DNA of 18,336 nt. Source: a bacterium (GTDB lineage Bacteria; Bacillota; Clostridia; TANB77; RGIG9151). Location: the NCBI GenBank assembly GCA_963635575.1, contig CAVHFU010000009.1, positions 22,353 through 40,688 on the forward strand. Direction: 5' to 3'. Position 1 is the stretch's first letter. Every line of letters starts with the position of its first letter. The notes below the pieces were generated by a model. It was not told the origin of the DNA. It ran no database searches and saw only the letters and a program-made list of their open reading frames with translations. Made by a program: the position numbers and the translations under genes. Shown piece after piece: positions 14,716 to 18,336 of this stretch.

Positions 14716-15990
14716 TTAAGCAGCATTTTCCAACATATTTTCAATAAATATTCCATACCCTCTTGTTGGATCATTAATTAACACATGCGTTACAGCACCT
14801 ATTATTTTGCCATTTTGGATAATCGGGCTACCACTCATTCCCTGCACAATTCCACCGGTTTCCTCTAGCAACTTTCTATCCGTTACTCTAATAACCATAT
14901 CCTTTGAATCTAATTCGTTACTATAATTTGCTTTTTCAATTCTTATTTTATACTCCTTACATTCATTTCCGGAAACAGTGCATAAAATTTTAGCCTCTCC
15001 TGGAACCACTTCGTTCTTTAATGCAATCTCATATTGCTTATTTTCTATATCCACATTTCCCGTTATATATCCAAATATGCCACGAGTTGTGTTTTGAGTA
15101 ATACTTCCAAAAATGCTTCCTTCCCTCATAGCTCCTCTTATCTCTCCGGGGGTTCCTTTTTTTCCCTTGTTAACAGACAAAACAACAGCATCATAAGCCT
15201 TACCACCATTAATTTTTAGCAAACCACTTTCATCTATATCATTTATACCATGTCCGAGCGCCCCAAACCCACCATTTTCCGGATTAATATACGTAACAGT
15301 TCCCACGCCAGAAGTAACATTCTTTACCCAAATTCCCAATTTATATTTCCCGTCATTTCTATCAATTTTTGCAAAAAATGTTTCGTTAAACTTAGTATTG
15401 TTTCTCATTATTTCTAAAGTTATTTTGTTTTCCTTAGAAACTTGCAACTCATTTATAAATTCTTGAGCACTCTCTATTTCCTTGCCATTTATACTTAAAA
15501 TTATATCTCCCCTTTGAATATTCTTACCTTCATATGGCTTCGACTTAGAGTAATCCCTTGTCACAAAGCTTTCAAGCGAAACAACCGTAAGGCCAGGAGT
15601 ATTAAGCTTTATTCCAATAACATTTCCACCAGCTATAACCGTATTGGCCGATATAACATTTATGTCCACATTTTTTAATGGCACAATTCCAAACAATGAA
15701 AGTTTTACATTTTCTTTGCCTACCGTAGACGATACAAGCTTACCACCTGTTGCTTTTACGCTACATTCCGCATCAAATGACATGGTTATAAAATTATGAA
15801 AAGGATAAGAAATTTCCTTACCCTCTATCATAGTAATCTTGTCCGGAACCGCTGAATAAACAGTAATATATAAGTACAAAAGCATTAAAATCGTTATAAC
15901 ACATATTCTTAAAACATTATTTTTCCTCGCATTTTCACTCAACTCAATCTGCCTCCCAAAGAAAAAACTCTTCTGGAGTAGTATCTCCAA
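14716..15990 (-). CDS. spoIVB: SpoIVB peptidase (S55 sporulation signalling serine protease with PDZ domain)
   Basis: PDZ region (IQRGDIILSINGKEIES), GTVTYINPENGGFGALGHGI, and the catalytic-serine block GGIVQGMSGSPIIQNGKIIGAVTHV, nearly identical to B. subtilis. The track start at 15990 is a TTG without an RBS. A TTG at 15942, 9 nt after GGGAGG, giving MSENARKNN...TM, is a plausible true start. Confidence 0.9.
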   Translation of the reverse strand: MEILLQKSFFFGRQIELSENARKNNVLRICVITILMLLYLYITVYSAVPDKITMIEGKEISYPFHNFITMSFDAECSVKATGGKLVSSTVGKENVKLSLFGIVPLKNVDINVISANTVIAGGNVIGIKLNTPGLTVVSLESFVTRDYSKSKPYEGKNIQRGDIILSINGKEIESAQEFINELQVSKENKITLEIMRNNTKFNETFFAKIDRNDGKYKLGIWVKNVTSGVGTVTYINPENGGFGALGHGINDIDESGLLKINGGKAYDAVVLSVNKGKKGTPGEIRGAMREGSIFGSITQNTTRGIFGYITGNVDIENKQYEIALKNEVVPGEAKILCTVSGNECKEYKIRIEKANYSNELDSKDMVIRVTDRKLLEETGGIVQGMSGSPIIQNGKIIGAVTHVLINDPTRGYGIFIENMLENAA

Positions 15991-16013
15991 AAGAGTCTAT
16001 ATTTAATCAGCCA

Positions 16014-17252
16014 TTAAATATTATTTCCTGCCAAAAATGCCGTAGAAAATGCAATCTGTAAATTAAATCCTCCGGTATAAGCATCAACATCAATTACTTC
16101 ACCACAAAAGTATAATCCATTAACCAGTTTCGATTCCATTGTAGAGGGATTGATTTCATCAGTACAAACTCCACCGGCCGTAATAATTGCCTCATCAATA
16201 GGTCTAAGTTCATTTATTTCAAACTCTAATCCCTTTAATAATTCAACTATTCTCTTTCTTTCTTCAACCGTTATAACATTCACCTTTTTGCTCTCATCAA
16301 TTTTTGTCAGAGAAATTATAACAGGCACTAACTTTTCAGGAAGCAAATCATACAAAGAATTTTTTAATTCCTTATTTATATATTTTTGGAAATCGCGTTG
16401 AACTCTCAAATCAAGTTTTTTGTTGTCTAATGCAGGTTTTAAGTCAATTCTTGCCTTTATTCCGTTTACACATCTATTTTCATTCATATACTTGTGAAGC
16501 ACTCTACTTCCGCTAAGGACTATTGGACCAGAAACTCCGAAATGTGTAAACAGCATTTCGCCAAAATCCGAATATATTTCTCTGTTTTTAGAATCAAATA
16601 AACTAAATCCAACATTTTTTAGCGATAATCCCTGCAACTTAGGTATCCATTCAGTATATGAAACTAACCCTACAAGCGATGGTTTAGGTGGTATTATTTT
16701 ATGTCCAAGCTTTTTAGCGATTTCATATCCATCTCCGGTAGAACCTGTTGCAGGATAGCTTTTCCCACCTGTAGCTATTATTACTTTATCACAATTTATA
16801 ATCTCACCGCTTGATAATTTAACACCTACTACCTTGCCATTTTCAGTAATAACTTCTTTAGCCACCGCATTATATTTAATTTTTACATTGTTTTCACGTA
16901 GAACCCGACTAAGAGCATTAACAATATCCTTAGCAGAATCTGATACAGGAAATACTCTTCCTCCACGTTCCACCTTAGTTTCCACACCTAATTTATTGAA
17001 AAAGTTAATTGTATCATCATTTGTAAAAGAATAAAAAGCGCTATATAAAAACCTTCCATTTCCAGGAGTATTTTCTATAAACTCACCAATATCCGCAGAA
17101 TTAGTAACATTACATCTACCCTTTCCTGTAATAGCCAATTTTCTGCCAACTCTATCGTTCTTTTCCAAAACTAAAACATCAGCATTTTTTCCCGCAATCC
17201 CGGCAGCCATAAGTCCGGACGCACCACCGCCAATAACAATAACTTTCTTCAT
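16014..17252 (-). CDS. HI0933/YhiN-family NAD(P)/FAD-dependent oxidoreductase
   Basis: 412 aa with the N-terminal dinucleotide fold VIVIGGGASGLMAAG, GKGRCNVTN, ATGGKSYPATGSTGDGY and the C-terminal GLYFCGEVIDVDAYTGGFNLQ, typical of this flavoprotein family. AAGGAGA RBS. Confidence 0.9.
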   Translation of the reverse strand: MKKVIVIGGGASGLMAAGIAGKNADVLVLEKNDRVGRKLAITGKGRCNVTNSADIGEFIENTPGNGRFLYSAFYSFTNDDTINFFNKLGVETKVERGGRVFPVSDSAKDIVNALSRVLRENNVKIKYNAVAKEVITENGKVVGVKLSSGEIINCDKVIIATGGKSYPATGSTGDGYEIAKKLGHKIIPPKPSLVGLVSYTEWIPKLQGLSLKNVGFSLFDSKNREIYSDFGEMLFTHFGVSGPIVLSGSRVLHKYMNENRCVNGIKARIDLKPALDNKKLDLRVQRDFQKYINKELKNSLYDLLPEKLVPVIISLTKIDESKKVNVITVEERKRIVELLKGLEFEINELRPIDEAIITAGGVCTDEINPSTMESKLVNGLYFCGEVIDVDAYTGGFNLQIAFSTAFLAGNNI

Positions 17253-17326
17253 ATATTCTCCTTCTTACTATATAATTTGCAACATCTATTATTAATTTTA
17301 TCATATTTTGGCTTCTATTTCAATTA

Positions 17327-17977
17327 CTACTTAGCAAAGCAATGTTTACCAATTGTTCGTACAATCGGTCTACTCCATATCCACTTGCTCGTACTAGTCG
17401 CAGGATTAAAAAAGTAAATACACCCACCCGTCGGATCCCAACCACTAAGTGCATCTTGTGCAGCCTTTAGTGCTGTTGATGACGGTTCCATATTAATCTG
17501 TCCGTCCTTTACAGAATCAAACGCACCGGATTGGTAAATTACTCCAGCAAGTGTATTAGGGAATTTGCTACTGTTTACTCTATTTAATATAACTGCTCCG
17601 ACAGCCACCTGTCCTTCATATGGTTCTCCTCTAGCTTCCCCATTTATTGCTCGTGCGAGTAAATTTACATTATTGTTAGCAGTCGTCTTTTTTGTAGATA
17701 TCCCAAGAGCTTCTAGTGTTTTGGTACCCGCCACACCATCAGCTATCAATCCACTTTTAGCTTGAAAGTTTTTTACAGCCTGATAAGTCTTACCTCCATA
17801 ACTTCCATCTATCACTCCATTATAGTATCCCCACTGCTTTAGCTTATTTTGAATTTGAATTACCTCGTCTCCACTCGAGCCCCAATAAGAAACAGTTTCC
17901 ATATTAATGCCCTTTATAAAATTAGTACCTGCAAAAAGATAAATGAAAATAATTAGTATTGCAATTTTTCTCCTCAT
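17327..17977 (-). CDS. sleB: Spore cortex-lytic enzyme SleB-like (PG_binding_1 plus SleB/CwlJ hydrolase domain)
   Basis: Signal peptide MRRKIAILIIFIYLFAG; the ATG at 17977 lies 5 nt after GGAGG. Peptidoglycan-binding repeat (GDEVIQIQNKLKQWGYYNGVIDGSYGGKTYQAVKNFQ). The catalytic domain is nearly colinear with B. subtilis SleB (GEARGEPYEGQVAVGAVILNRV...WDPTGG.IYFFNP...SKWIWSRP...IGKHCF). Confidence 0.85.
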   Translation of the reverse strand: MRRKIAILIIFIYLFAGTNFIKGINMETVSYWGSSGDEVIQIQNKLKQWGYYNGVIDGSYGGKTYQAVKNFQAKSGLIADGVAGTKTLEALGISTKKTTANNNVNLLARAINGEARGEPYEGQVAVGAVILNRVNSSKFPNTLAGVIYQSGAFDSVKDGQINMEPSSTALKAAQDALSGWDPTGGCIYFFNPATSTSKWIWSRPIVRTIGKHCFAK

Positions 17978-18025
17978 AAAGACCTCCATAAACTTTTTAA
18001 TTACTAACTATTTTCTCTCTTATAT

Positions 18026-18069
18026 AAAAAAAAATACAGAGATAGCAGAAAAAATTTTCCACCATCTCT
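18026..18069 (-). terminator. Intrinsic terminator after the edge ORF
   Basis: Minus strand: stem AGAGAT(G)G...C(T)ATCTCT (18064-18069 pairs with 18038-18043), followed by a 9-T run (A-run 18026-34 on plus). It begins 7 nt after the stop at 18076. Confidence 0.6.
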
Positions 18070-18075
18070 ATATCT

Positions 18076-18336
18076 TTAGCCATACAAAACCTTTTCCTTA
18101 ACATACTGCCAAATCCCATTCTTATGCAAGATAAGGCACACACGTACAGCTTTTAATTCATAATTAATTCCCTCGCTACTACAATAAACTTTTAAGTCTT
18201 TCTTTAAATACTTCATATCCTTTTTGCAAATTGCTTCAATGCATCTTCGCCTAATCTCGTCCTCGACCTCAGAATAACCAAAAGTACAAACTAACATACG
18301 CCGTAACTCGCGATCGATTTTGCTAAAATTTTTCAT
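18076..18336 (-). CDS. Hypothetical Cys-containing small protein (5' end at or beyond the window edge)
   Basis: An open frame of 86 codons ends in TAA and is followed by a terminator. The ATG falls exactly on the last 3 bases of the window, so the frame may continue upstream. No family recognised. Confidence 0.45.
   Translation of the reverse strand: MKNFSKIDRELRRMLVCTFGYSEVEDEIRRRCIEAICKKDMKYLKKDLKVYCSSEGINYELKAVRVCLILHKNGIWQYVKEKVLYG

Noticed and set aside
2924-17765. Seventeen antisense or overlapping ORFs in the track (2924-3175, 4298-4510, 4790-5014, 6175-6465, 6554-6832, 7862-8509, 10972-11244, 11362-11823, 11637-11840, 12604-12786, 13101-13307, 13604-13891, 14468-14659, 15034-15219, 16150-16401, 16834-17034, 17565-17765)
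   Set aside because: Each lies inside, and opposite to, a gene with strong recognisable homology. The exception is 14468-14659, which spans the dpaB 3' end and the terminator. Their products are S/F/L/T/I-rich low-complexity strings typical of shadow frames in AT-rich DNA. I saw no RBS or promoter for any of them.
1-18336. Search for CRISPR repeats, tRNA/rRNA genes, IS elements, integrases, phage genes, toxin-antitoxin pairs or known defence genes
   Set aside because: I found no regularly spaced direct repeats, cloverleaf-like segments, transposase or recombinase motifs, or terminal inverted repeats by eye. Every long ORF is accounted for by housekeeping, SOS, flagellar or sporulation functions. 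No defence island or mobile element is claimed.

Overview
AT-rich chromosomal segment from a low-GC, spore-forming, flagellated Firmicute (Clostridia/Tissierellia-like; SLH wall-anchoring present). I call 20 protein genes, 17 on the minus strand, and no rRNA, tRNA, CRISPR array, transposase, integrase or recognisable defence/toxin genes. In minus-strand transcription order: a Cys-rich hypothetical at the window edge, sleB-like cortex hydrolase, an HI0933-type flavoprotein, spoIVB, convergent dpaB on the plus strand, an O-methyltransferase/U32 peptidase pair (B. subtilis yrrM/yrrNO-like tRNA mo5U genes) followed by a membrane-anchored beta-rich protein and an unusually short WhiA, a NodB-type polysaccharide deacetylase, a plus-strand LysM protein behind two LexA boxes (YneA-like), an orphan small transcription unit on the plus strand, a detached hook module fliK-flgD-flg_new-flgE behind a near-consensus sigma-28/SigD promoter, a triple-SLH surface protein, then recA (consensus sigma-A promoter plus LexA box)-recX-punA. 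This is mostly core housekeeping, and I see no convincing novel multi-gene system. The items most worth a second look are the single-lobe 202-aa WhiA paralogue, the orphan unit at 8495-8851 with a strong C/G skew flip, the isolated SigD-type-driven hook module with an enlarged repeat-bearing FlgE and an attached SLH protein, and the SOS-controlled LysM gene whose 3' end overlaps the convergent deacetylase. All homology calls come from recognising motifs by eye; no database search was run.
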